From positions 2,446 through 36,411 of the forward strand of contig NW_025213842.1 in the NCBI RefSeq assembly GCF_004010195.1: 33,966 nucleotides of DNA, given 5' to 3'. Below the pieces are notes generated by a model. It was not told the DNA's origin. It did no database searches and was given only the letters and a program-made list of their open reading frames with translations. The translations under genes were made by a program, and so were the position numbers. Source of the stretch: Chiloscyllium plagiosum (taxonomy: Eukaryota). How positions within the stretch are numbered: position 1 is the first letter of the stretch; each line of letters begins with the position of its first letter. This document shows positions 21,669 through 33,430 of the stretch, piece after piece.

Positions 21669-22840
21669 TTACGAGAAGGAGAAACAATGATACCGTTTGA
21701 TCAAATAACTCGGAAGTATGGACTACCTGGTAGGGACTTCTTCTGTTTTTGTTCCAGATTAGAGATTTGATTAAAAAACACAATTTTAACAGACACTTAC
21801 AGATCCAATACAGAGAAGCAGGTGATTATTGTAAAGAATACCCTCTCTGTCAGTTCCCTTTACCATTTGTTGGCGAGTGTCCCCGCAGACAAGACTGTGC
21901 AGCTTCGTGACGTCTGTGCTAGGAAGTTGGGTGTTTAGATCTTTTCGGATATCTAAACAAATATCCCTGTGAGGATATTTGTGAAAATGCTCGAAGGATT
22001 TTGATCTGTAATGGAACCCATTCCATGCAGTTGAAAAATCTTCACAGGTTCTATCTGACCCCAGATTTTCTCTCAAAATTCAAAGTGGGATTGTATTCAG
22101 CATGTCCTAAATGCAAAATGACTACAGACACTCTTACTCATTGCACGTGGTCCTGCTGCAGGCTTCGTATATATTGGAGCACTGCGTTAGGTGTGGTAGA
22201 GTGAGTCCTGGGGACCGAATTGGAGATGGACCCGGTTTCTCTTTTCCTGGGCCTGCCCAGAGTATCTTACACAGATGCACATGGGAAAAAAAATACCTTT
22301 ACTTTTTGGGCTAGGGAAAATATTATGTTGTGTTGTATGTCTGAAAAGTCCCCGGGTCTGTTGGGACTTTGTAAGCTCATCATGTAGAATATCCCTTTGG
22401 ACTTTCACACCAACATGGTGCAACAAAAACAGAGATCAATGTAAGTCATAGGNNNNNNNNNNNNNNNNNNNNNNNNNNNNNNNNNNNNNNNNNNNNNNNN
22501 NNNNNNNNNNNNNNNNNNNNNNNNNNNNNNNNNNNNNNNNNNNNNNNNNNNNNNNNNNNNNNNNNNNNNNNNNNNNNNNNNNNNNNNNNNNNNNNNNNNN
22601 NNNNNNNNNNNNNNNNNNNNNNNNNNNNNNNNNNNNNNNNNNNNNNNNNNNNNNNNNNNNNNNNNNNNNNNNNNNNNNNNNNNNNNNNNNNNNNNNNNNN
22701 NNNNNNNNNNNNNNNNNNNNNNNNNNNNNNNNNNNNNNNNNNNNNNNNNNNNNNNNNNNNNNNNNNNNNNNNNNNNNNNNNNNNNNNNNNNNNNNNNNNN
22801 NNNNNNNNNNNNNNNNNNNNNNNNNNNNNNNNNNNNNNNN

Positions 22841-24220
22841 NAGGAAAAAGACTTTACCTATTTACCCTATCCATGCCCATCATAATTTAGTAAAACTCTA
22901 TAATGTCAGCACTCAGCCTCCGACGCTCCTGGGAAAACAACCCCAGTCTGTTCAGCCTCTCTCTATAGCTCAAATCCTTCAACGCTGGCAACATCCGTGA
23001 AATCTTTTCTGAACCCTTTCAAGTTTCACGACATCTTTCCGATAGGCAGGAGACCAGAATTGCACGCAACATTCCAACACTGGCCTAACTAGTGTCCTGT
23101 ACAGCCGCAACATGATCTTACAACTGCTGTACTCTATACTCTGACCAATAAAGGAAACGCCTTCATCACTATCCTATCTACTTGCAACTCCCCTTTCAAG
23201 GAGCTATGAACCTGCACTCCAAGGTCTCTTTGTTCAGCAACACTCCCTGCTACCTTATCATTAAGTGTATAAGTCCTGCTCAGATTTTCTTTCGCAAAAT
23301 GCATTTATCTGAATTAAACTCCATCTGCCACTCCTCAGCCCATTGGCCATTTGGTCAATTTGAGGTGACCCTCTTCGCTCTCCCCTACACCTCCAATTTT
23401 GGTGTCATCTGCAAACTTACTAATTGTACCTCTTATGCTTACATCCAAATCATTTATGTCAATGACAAAAAGCAGTGAATCCAGCACCGATCATTGTGGC
23501 ACAGCACTTGTCACAGGCCTCCAGTCTGAAAAACAACCCTCCACCACCACCCTCTGTCTTCTACCTTTGAGCCAGTTCTGTATCCAAATGGCTAGTTCTC
23601 CATGTACATCATGAGATCGAAACATACCATTCAGTCTCCCATGGGGAACCTCATCAAAACCCTTATTGAAGTCCATTTAGATCACATCTACCCCTCTGCC
23701 CTCATCCATCCTCTTTGTGACTTCCTCAAAAAACTAAATCAAGTTTGTGAGACATGATTTCTCACGCACAAAGCCATGTTGACTATCCCTAATCAGTCCT
23801 TGCCTTTCCAAATACATGCACATCCTATCCTTCACGATTCCCTCCAACAACTTGCCCATCACCAACGTCAGGCCCACTGGTCTATAGTTCCCTGGCTTGT
23901 ACTTAACACCCTTCCTATACAATGGCACAGCGTTTGCCAACCTCCAGTCTTCCGGCACCTCACCTGTGACTATCCATATTACAAATATCTCAGCAAGAGG
24001 CCCAGCAATCACTTCTCTATCTTCCCACATAGTTCTAGGATACACCTGATCAGGTACTGGGGAGTTATCCACCTTTACCCGTTTCAAGACATCCAGCACT
24101 TCCTCCTCTTAATATAGACAGTTTGCAAGGTGTCACCATCTATTTCCCTACATTTTATATCTTCCATATCATTTTACACAGTAAATACTGATGCACAATA
24201 CTCCTTTCGTATTTCCCCCA
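22841..24220 (-). mobile_element. CR1 LINE ORF2 (RT) fragment nested in the L1
   Basis: TGEVPEDWRLANAVPLYRKG..PGNYRPVGLT..SQHGFVREKSCLTNLI; MDFNKGFDEVPH; SDWRPVTSAVPQ. Confidence 0.94.
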
Positions 24221-24744
24221 TACTTCCTGTGCAAGGAAGAATATTCTGTTGTTTTGGATGTCTGATAAACCTCCGGGTCTATTGGGTAGTTGTAAGGTCG
24301 TCATGGACATTCTCACCAGTATGGTGCACCGAAAAGCAGAGATTTATATAAGGTATGGCAGCCCTTTTTGGATTACTGCGATACAGGCTTATCTGCCCCT
24401 CTAAAAAGGGCTTTTATATAGTCATGACGATATTTTCTAATGAATCACATATTAGGAATTATGAACGTATGCATGTGTATTAGTTAATGCTCTCGAAGAA
24501 CGAGAGCTATCACTTTGTTATGCTGAACGGTATTATTTATTTATTATTTATTGTTTATTTTTGTTTTTCTTCTGTCCGTTTAGAGACTAACTTGTTTTGT
24601 ATATACATGCACATGAGTGTAATTTTGTTCAGTTATTTGAGTTGTTTTGTTATTGATTTAATATAATAATAAAAATATCTTTTTCAATAAAATATTTTGC
24701 TAAAAAATTAAAATGCTAACATTGATGGATTAGAGTCCCAAATA

Positions 24745-24908
24745 ACTCTCATTAGAGAGACCACTCGTGGTGGTTTACGTTGAAGGTCACCACACGGGTG
24801 ATGGGGTGAGGTTGAGAGAGCATCCCCTTCATAGTAACGTCTGTCAGTAGGGGGAATTGAACCTGCGCTGGTGGAATCCCTCTGCACCACAAACCAACTA
24901 GTCAACTT
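24745..24908 (-). mobile_element. Another tRNA-derived SINE-like repeat
   Basis: gggaattgaacc (reverse-complement B-box GGTTCAATTCCC) at ~24852, with a body resembling a common shark repeat. Confidence 0.55.
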
Positions 24909-25639
24909 GGTGGGAGACGGTGCAACTGCTACACACAGAATCAGCCGCAGTAAATGGGCAAGAGAAATTTTAATCACAAGGAAAAAGGTGTATTTGAGAC
25001 AAAAATGTTCTCTGCTAGAAATTGTATTTTATAATGAGACAAGTGTTTGGAAGCTGTCTTTGGCTGAATAGAATAAGGTGAGACAGTGAAATAACCGGGA
25101 TGACTAATTGTGATTGGATACCGATAACCATAAAATAAGTGCATGTTTTTGATTGGTCTGTGGAAAGCATGCTGACTGTTACATGAATTTATAAATCAGA
25201 TGAAATATATTGTAAGGAGAATCCGTCCCCATGGGAAATGCCTTCTGAACACATGCTAGAAGAAACCCCGGGTATGAAGTATCTGAGAATCGTCTGCTCG
25301 GTAACAGGAACCTGGGGGTTGAATGACTGAACGTTCATGTAACATGGAGCTGAGAAAACCATCAGATCACCCCCAAATGTATTGAATGTTGGAAAATATT
25401 TGAAGTACTGAATGGCCTCATGATGGATTTTAATTGTGTGTGATTTGAAAAACGTACATTTCTACTCCATCCTCTTTCGTGTTACACACTGGGGAACAGC
25501 CGTTTTCCTGAAACTGGGAATAAGTTGGAATAATACCTAGAATATTCCATAATTGGCATTCCCCAGAATATCCTATAACTATATGGGGGGCATTAGAAAG
25601 GCAAGAGAGAAAGAGAGGGAAGGTGCTGCATGCAGTAGT

Positions 25640-26273
25640 GAGAGTGGTGGATCATGAGCCTTGTTCGGGGTCGGTGCTAAAACAGATATACAGTGAGTGT
25701 GAGGGAGCAGAGAGAATACGGTGACCCTCATCCCGACAGAGTGGGGAAGGTTATTGATGCTTGTCCTGTATTGATGGACATCTCTTCAGACCGCAGATAC
25801 TGCACTGAGCAGGGTGGTGAGAACAGACCATGCTCGGTGGGTCTGGTCGTGTGGCCCCCTCTGGGAAGAGCATGGTCCCCTTTTATACTAGCCCATCCAC
25901 CAGGACCTCTGTGCTGCTGTCGACAAACCGTGGTTTAATTTCCACTGCGCTGCCATGCTTGGGGAATATGCGCAGGGCAGCTCCAAACTGAGAAAGCGCA
26001 ACCATGTGCCCATTGGCCTTTTAAATATGGCACCAGTGTCACGGATCACAGAATATCCCAGGGGCATCCGGGCGATTGTTAGTACCTCCAGTCATGATGG
26101 GTGGCAGAATGGGGCTGGAATTGTATGGGAGGGACACTATGGAGTGGGGTGGGTAGTTAATGAGATGAGTTTGGTAAGATAGCACCAGGAAACGAGCTCG
26201 GCCTCGCGCAGCCAACCCCTCTGTCACAACTTCATGAAAATGTCACTGCGACAGTTTTTTGTTAGATTCAGCC
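25640..26273 (-). mobile_element. PIF/Harbinger-type transposon relic with pseudogenised Myb/SANT-like DNA-binding ORF (25956-25732) and a putative terminus near 26273
   Basis: MAAQWKL/PRFVDSSTEVLVDGLV*KGTMLFP../WSVLTTLLSAVSAV*RDVHQYRTSINNL matches the Myb/SANT-like pattern PRF..E.LV..V..LF..W..VS..R..Q.R...N.L. Confidence 0.72.
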
Positions 26274-26544
26274 CAGTGAGGTGAAGACTCCGCTGTCCTC
26301 ATTTCCGGTTACAAAGCTGCAGAACAAATGATCATCCAAAACTCTCCATCGCCTGAACACACAGCAATATCCCTTTCACTCATCATTCTTCATAATACTG
26401 ACCCATGTTGCATTATACGAGCGAAATGTCTTCATTTCAGCATTCTGAAACCTGTGAACGTATCCTTCCATGACATTTTATCTCAGTCTCTCCAACACTG
26501 CCACAACTGCAAAACACACTCATTTACAGTCATATTGCACGAGA

Positions 26545-29500
26545 CTGCCTGGATGACTGGCCATTTGGCCCAGCTGGTCCATGGCAACCAAAATGTATAT
26601 CCAGACTCACCGCATTTCCCTGCCCTTGCTCTGTATCCCTCTAATCCTTACCTATCTGTGTATTTGTCCAATTGCCTTTTCAATGTTATAATTGTACCCA
26701 CCTCAATCACTTCCACTGACAGCTCAGTTTCCTTTTTATATTTTGTATCCTTTCCAAACATTAATGGATGTCCTCTAGTCCTCGATTCACCAACCTTGGG
26801 AACAAATTTGAAGTATTCACCACAAACACGCCTCTCATTATTTTATAAGAGCTACACTTCTATAAGAATCCCCTCAGTTTCCTGCGCTGTAAAGAAATAA
26901 GTTCTAACCTTATTTCAACCTCTGCCTATAACTTAGAGCCTTTAGCCCAGGATACATCTTTGGAAATTTGTTCTACATACTTTCTAGTTCAATAATATCC
27001 TTTCTCGAGCAAGATGAACAACACTGAACACAATACTCCAACTGCAGCCTTACCAACATCCTGGACAACTGCAACAAAACGTCCCAACTTCTGTACTCAA
27101 TGTGCTGTTGTAGGCCAGTGTGCCAACAGGCTTCTTCACTGTCCTGTCTATCTGTGACTCAAATTTCAGACAACTGTGCACCTGATCCCCAACGTGCTTA
27201 TGTTCCACTACACTCCTTAAGACCCTCTCATTCATCATTAAACTCCTACCGGGATTTGACTTTCCAAAATGCAAGACGTCACACTTATCTATATTAAACT
27301 CCATTTGCTATTTCTCAGCCCACTTCCCCAGCTGATAAAGGTACTGCTGCAATTTCTGATGATATTCTTCATTGTAAATGATGTTTCCTAATTTAGTGTC
27401 ATCTGCAAACTTACTAATGTTGCGTTGTGCACTCTGGTCCAAATCATTGATATAGATAACAAACACAATGGGCCCAGGACCGACCATTGAGGCACTCCAC
27501 TAGTCACAGGCCTCCAGTCCGACAAGCATACCTCCACCATAGACAGTTGCTTCATAATGCCAAGACAATTGTGTCACCAATTTGCCCTTTTACATTGGAG
27601 TCCATTCGATCTAACCTTCTAGAGCTGCTTACGATGTGGAACCTTATCAAAGGCCTTACTGAACTCCATATAGACAATGTCCACCACCCTGCTCTCGTCA
27701 ACCTTCCTGGTCACTTCCTCAAAAAACTCTATCAAAATTTGGAAGGCATGATCTACCACCCACAAAGCTATGCCGACTGCTCCAAGTCAAACTCTGTCTT
27801 TCCAAATGCATGCATATCTTATATCTCCGAAACTTCTCAAGTTGTTTCCGAAATAGATGTGAAGCTTACTGGTCTATATTTCCCAGGCTTTGCTTTGCAG
27901 CCATTCTGAATAAGGGCACAACATTTGCTACTGCCCAGTCTTCCGGGACCTTGGCCCCTGGACTGTCTTCTCTCGCCTCGTTCAGTGCTCTTAGATATAT
28001 CTGGTCAGGAGCAAGAGATTTATCTGACTTTGTGCATTCTAATATGTCCAACAGCACCTCTACTGTGATATGGACTGTAACAAGATATCACAACTAACCT
28101 CCCAAAGGTCACAGGTCTTCATGTCTTTCTTCATGGTAAACATAGAAGGGAAAATTGGGGACCTCACCCATCTCTTGAGGTTCTACACATGCATGCCCAT
28201 TTTGGATTTTAAGGCGTCCTATCTCTCTCTAGTTGTTGTTTTTCTTGACTGTACTGAATTTGGAATCACCCTAATCTGCTCAGCCAAGGCTATCTCATAT
28301 CCCACTTTAGCCCTGCTGATTTTCTTCTTCAGTAAACTCCTGTATCCCCTGTGTACCTCTGGAGATTCCCTTGGTCCCAGCTGCCTGTCCCTGAGCGACG
28401 CCTCCTTTTTTTCTGGTCAGAGCCTCAATATTTTGTACACAAATCTTTGAAAGTTTCCACCCAGGTAAATAGTGTGGTGAAGAAGGCATATGGCGTACTG
28501 GCTTTTATTGGTAGAGGAATTGAGTTCCGGAGTACTGTTGCAGTTGTATAAGACTCTGGTGCGGCCGCATCTGGAGTATTGTGTGCAGTTTTGGTCGCCA
28601 TACTATAGGAAGGAGGTGGAGGCACTGGAACGGGTGCAGAGGAGGTTTACCAGGATGTTGCCTGGTATGGTAGAAAGATCGTATGAGGAAAGGCTGAGGC
28701 ACTTGGGGTTGTTTTCATTGGAGAAAAGAAGGCTTAGGGGTGACTTGATAGAGGTGTACAAGATGATTAGGGATTTAGATAGGGTCTTTAGCCCTGCTGA
28801 TTTCCTTCTTCAGTAAACTCCTGTAACCCCTGTGTACCTCCGGAGATTCCCTTGGTTCCAGCTACCTGTACCTGAGCGACGCCTCCTTTTTTTCTGGTCA
28901 GAGCCTCAATATCTCTTGTCATCCAGGGTTCTTTATTCCAGCATCACTTTCCCTTCATCCTCACAGGAACATATAGACCTTGAACTCGAGCTATCTCACT
29001 TTTGAAGCCCTCCCACTTGCCCGGGATCCTTTTACCTGGAAACACACTACTCCAATCAAGCCCTGCAATCCCCTGTCTAATTTCAACAAAATACGCCCTG
29101 CCCCAATTTAGAACTTGAATCTGTGGACCAATTTTGTCCCTACCATACCAATTTTAACATTAATACAGCTCTGTTCACTTTTCCCAAAATGCTCCCCGAC
29201 TTTACCTCCGTCACCTATCCTGCTCTATTTCCCAACAGTAGGTCGAGTTTGTCCCTTCCCGAGTAGAACCCTGTACATGCTGCTTGTGGAAGCTTTCCTG
29301 AACACACTTAACAAGTTACGTTCCATCTAAGTTCTGAACCCTCTGGAAGTCCCAGTCTATGTTAGGATAATTAAAATCACCTATAATGACACTCCCATTG
29401 CTCCTGCAAGTCTCGCCAGTCTCCCTGCATATTTGTTCTTCTAATTTCCATTGATTATTTGAATGCTTATTGTTCAACCACTATAACATTACCACCCCCT

Positions 29501-29570
29501 CTTACTTGTTTGCATCATTTATAAAATCTCATTGGATATTATCTCAGTTATTTCATCTTTAAATACTAGA
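26545..29570 (-). mobile_element. Long CR1 ORF2 relic (~3 kb, endonuclease to 3' tail)
   Basis: GDFNYPNIDW near 29350-29385; PDQIYLRALNEARE; VPEDWAVANVVPLF; MEFNIDKCDVLHFGKSN. Confidence 0.9.
28432..28785 (+). mobile_element. Internal young CR1 fragment truncated at both ends and flanked by 127-bp direct repeats
   Basis: VHKSLKVSTQVNSVVKKAYGVLAFI..LYKTLVRPHLEYCVQFWSP..RLRGDLIEVYKMIRDLDRV; repeats at 28305-28431 and 28786-28912. Confidence 0.92.
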
Positions 29571-31329
29571 GTGATACGCGCCGTAATCAGAACTATTGGT
29601 ATGTAAATTGTTGCCATTTACATCTCTTCCTTGCAGTGACTTTCACATTTGCAGCACTCCTTGTCAAGGCACAGTGGAGATGTGGAGCTGTAAATGGATG
29701 GGAGCTGTACATTCTGTCAGTTCCAACATTGGCTGCAAGTTTCCCCACACAGGGCAGTGATCTAACACAGTGTTACTGAACAATGCAACAGCCTGGGTTT
29801 ATATATGAATGAACCACTGTGGACTGCACAGCTCCCAACGCTGGACATTGAGCCCAGGATTGTAGATCCAGCATTGGTGTGGGCTGCACAGAGTTTCACT
29901 CTGGACATAGCTGGATTGCATTTAGCAGTACACTTGCTGGATCTACACAGTGCTCCATCCTAATTATGTAATGGATGGTATGGTTATGTGAGTTGGATTG
30001 CGAATGTGAGAGAACTAAACATATCGCAATGCCTTTATTTTGTATTTTAATTCTTGTGAATGGACTCTTCAAATCCTGACTCATCCGGTTAGATCCATCC
30101 TTCTGGATGAGTCGTGGTGACTGTTGTTACAGCATCTGTGTCTTCAATACGACCAAAAAATGGAGCAGAGGCTGCAGAGAGGACAGTCTCCGTAAAATGG
30201 AATGAGGGAATCACCATCAGATCAGACGTGGTCTTAGTGAATGGTGGGTCAGGATTGAATGGACCACTAATGCAATTTATTTATATATTTCTGTTTGTTC
30301 CAAGTAAACTCCCCTTCTCTCCCAGTGCCTCATACTCGTGGGGACTGAGTCNNNNNNNNNNNNNNNNNNNNNNNNNNNNNNNNNNNNNNNNNNNNNNNNN
30401 NNNNNNNNNNNNNNNNNNNNNNNNNNNNNNNNNNNNNNNNNNNNNNNNNNNNNNNNNNNNNNNNNNNNNNNNNNNNNNNNNNNNNNNNNNNNNNNNNNNN
30501 NNNNNNNNNNNNNNNNNNNNNNNNNNNNNNNNNNNNNNNNNNNNNNNNNNNNNNNNNNNNNNNNNNNNNNNNNNNNNNNNNNNNNNNNNNNNNNNNNNNN
30601 NNNNNNNNNNNNNNNNNNNNNNNNNNNNNNNNNNNNNNNNNNNNNNNNNNNNNNNNNNNNNNNNNNNNNNNNNNNNNNNNNNNNNNNNNNNNNNNNNNNN
30701 NNNNNNNNNNNNNNNNNNNNNNNNNNNNNNNNNNNNNNNNNNNNNNNNNNNNNNNNNNNNNNNNNNNNNNNNNNNNNNNNNNNNNNNNNNNNNNNNNNNN
30801 NNNNNNNNNNNNNNNNNNNNNNNNNNNNNNNNNNNNNNNNNNNNNNNNNNNNNNNNNNNNNNNNNNNNNNNNNNNNNNNNNNNNNNNNNNNNNNNNNNNN
30901 NNNNNNNNNNNNNNNNNNNNNNNNNNNNNNNNNNNNNNNNNNNNNNNNNNNNNNNNNNNNNNNNNNNNNNNNNNNNNNNNNNNNNNNNNNNNNNNNNNNN
31001 NNNNNNNNNNNNNNNNNNNNNNNNNNNNNNNNNNNNNNNNNNNNNNNNNNNNNNNNNNNNNNNNNNNNNNNNNNNNNNNNNNNNNNNNNNNNNNNNNNNN
31101 NNNNNNNNNNNNNNNNNNNNNNNNNNNNNNNNNNNNNNNNNNNNNNNNNNNNNNNNNNNNNNNNNNNNNNNNNNNNNNNNNNNNNNNNNNNNNNNNNNNN
31201 NNNNNNNNNNNNNNNNNNNNNNNNNNNNNNNNNNNNNNNNNNNNNNNNNNNNNNNNNNNNNNNNNNNNNNNNNNNNNNNNNNNNNNNNNNNNNNNNNNNN
31301 NNNNNNNNNNNNNNNNNNNNNNNGCACCG

Positions 31330-31475
31330 TACCCAGGGATGTGTAGGGGAGGTGGATTAGCCATGGAAAATGCAGGCTCAGAGGGTTTGTCCTATGGGAT
31401 ACTGTTTAGAGGGTCGGTGTGGCCTCGATGGGCCGAAAAGACTGTTTCTTAACTGTAGGGATTCGATCATTTCTA
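31330..31475 (+). mobile_element. 3' part of an HE1-like SINE (5' end in the gap)
   Basis: ccagggatgtgtagg..ggattagccatgg..tcggtgtggcctcgatgggccgaa..ctgtagggattc, parallel to 17335-17484. Confidence 0.8.
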
Positions 31476-31529
31476 TGGAGTTCCCCTTGATTAGCAGCTT
31501 TCGACAGGACCCTACCTATATGTCTTGCC

Positions 31530-32500
31530 TTGAATTGCCTTGGCAAAATGCAACACCTCATAGTTATCTAAAATAAACTCCATCTGCCACCCGTCGACTC
31601 ACCTAATCAATGTCCCATTATATTCTGAGATATCATTCTTCACTGTCTACTACACCACCAAATTTGGAATTATCTACAAACTTACTCACCATACTTCATA
31701 ACTCAAGTGCAAATGATTTGTATAAGTGACAAAAGGCAGTGGACCCACTATTGATCTTTGCGGTACGCCACTGGTCACAGGTCTCCAAGTTAATGAACAA
31801 ATGTCCACTCTCACGGCCTGTCTCCAATATTCTAACTCAAGTGCAAATGATTTGTATAAGTGACAAAAGGCAGTGGACCCACTATTGATCTTTGCGGTAC
31901 GCCACTGGTCACAGGTCTCCAAGTTAATGAACAAATGTCCACTCTCACGGCCTGTCTCCAATATTCAAGAAAATTTTAGATCTAAATGCCGAGCTCTCCC
32001 TGGATTCCAGGCAGACTAACCTTGCTAACCAGTCTACTATGTAGAACATTTTGGTTTTCATACTGAATTCCATAAAGACAACATACACTGTCCTGCCTTC
32101 ATCAATCATCTTCATTACTTCCCCAAAAAGTTCCACCGAGTCAGTGAGACGTGACCTCCAATGTACAAAGCCCTCTTCAGTCCTTGACTTTCCAAATGCA
32201 TATACATCCTTTCCCTCAAAATCTCCTCCAACAATTTAGTCACCATTGACGTCATGCTCACCGATCTATAGTTACCTGGGTTTTCCTAACTTTCTTAAAT
32301 ACTTAAACTATGTTAGCAGCCCTCCAGGTCTTTTGACACATCACCTGTGGAATAAATGATACAGATATATCAGCAAAATGCTGAGCAACCTGTTTCCTAG
32401 CTTCCCACATACTTCTGGGGTACAACTGATCAGGTCCCAGGAATTTGCTCACCTTTATATGTTTTAAAATGTCCTACACCTCCTTGTAATATAGATACTT
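31530..32500 (-). mobile_element. CR1 RT fragment with a perfect 134-bp tandem duplication (31699-31832 / 31833-31966)
   Basis: WRPVTSGVPQRSIVGPLPFVTYTNHL and KMIDEGRTVYVVFMEFS; the duplicate copies look identical by eye. Confidence 0.9.
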
Positions 32501-32519
32501 TTCTAGGTATCACGATAGG

Positions 32520-32870
32520 GAAATTAGTGGAGACCTCAGTCAAATATATAAAACTCTGACAGGGTGTGACAGATTGGAAGCAGGGATGATAATTTCCCTG
32601 GCTGGGACGTCTAAAACAAGGTCCCACAGTATTAGGTACAGGTAGGGCACTCTGCATTGAGTTGTCACGAAATATTTGCACTCAGCTGGCGAAACTGGAG
32701 AATGTGCTCGCACCTGGAAACAAGAATATAAATAAGGATTTTGAGACACTAAAGAGATAAGGGAAGAACAGGAGTATTGTGTGGAAATAAAGGGCCAGCC
32801 ATCATTATATTGAATTGGGTAACAAACTCGATGGATCAAAGGGACTACTGCACTTCCTATTTCATAGCTT
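32520..32870 (+). mobile_element. Decayed CR1 3' end
   Basis: ggagacctcagtcaaatatataaaactctgacaggg..gacagattggaagcaggg..ccacagt; tail cagccatcattatattgaat..ctcgatggatcaaaggg. Confidence 0.65.
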
Positions 32871-33430
32871 CTAAGGTTAATCACATTAACAGATATATTT
32901 ATTGAGTGGGATAAGTGCATTGACGAGATATTTGAACATGAACTAGAATGGGGAAGGCGTAATGTATTGAATGTCCTCCTCCTTTCCCGATGTTCATGGG
33001 CAGTCTGTGGGAAAGCTCTGTAAATGTTGTCACAAGTTCTCAGATGTTAGGAAGGAGGTCTCTGCCGGGTCAAGAGGACTGCGTTTCCATTTCCCTTTTT
33101 CCAGTACCGAGGCTGGGGCCGGGTGTTCTTCCAGTTTTATCCTTTAAGAACTCGGAGTAGTTTAATACAATAAAGTGTCTTCCTTGGCCGTTTCCGAGAC
33201 CATTGAAGAGTTGATCACATGTCTGTGTGTCTGGAGTCACTTTTAGGCCAGACCAGGAAAGTACCAGAGATTCACTTCATGAAAGTACACTGGGGAAGGA
33301 GATGATGTTTACAATCTACATTTATTCAAGGTCAATGTTACTGACACCAGATTTTTACATCTCGATATTTTATTAATTGTTTTTAACTTCCACCAGCTGC
33401 CAGAACATTAGCCTGGTCTGGATTAGCAAT

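Larger units (their letters stand above)
17975..24709 (+). mobile_element. Fish-type L1 LINE, decayed: 5' UTR, ORF1 missing, ORF2 (endonuclease, RT, Zn-knuckle), 3' UTR/polyA; contains nested SINEs and a CR1
   Basis: 5' GGGGAAATCCAAGATGGTGGCG; endonuclease VDVVLLQEMHL..RRGEAI from ~18330 and ISDHEAV; RT PDGFPSEFY, YKPISLLN, DQTGFIKG, EKAFD, GSRQG, YAD; IAVIKMNVLP; CPKC..TLTHCTWSC near 22100; AATAAA and A-tail near 24686-24707; candidate TSD AAAATGYTAA. Confidence 0.85.

Noticed and set aside
4300..28060. A whole ~21-kb tandem duplication suggested by similar offsets of the Harbinger and minus-strand CR1 copies
   Set aside because: The intervening and flanking sequences do not align and the CR1 copies have different extents; independent insertions explain it. 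Only the 13.0/32.8 kb block has shared junctions.
11985..31364. Long ORFs spanning N-runs (around 12.0-12.5, 14.8-15.7, 21.0-21.4 and 30.1-31.4 kb)
   Set aside because: Artefacts of translating assembly gaps as X.
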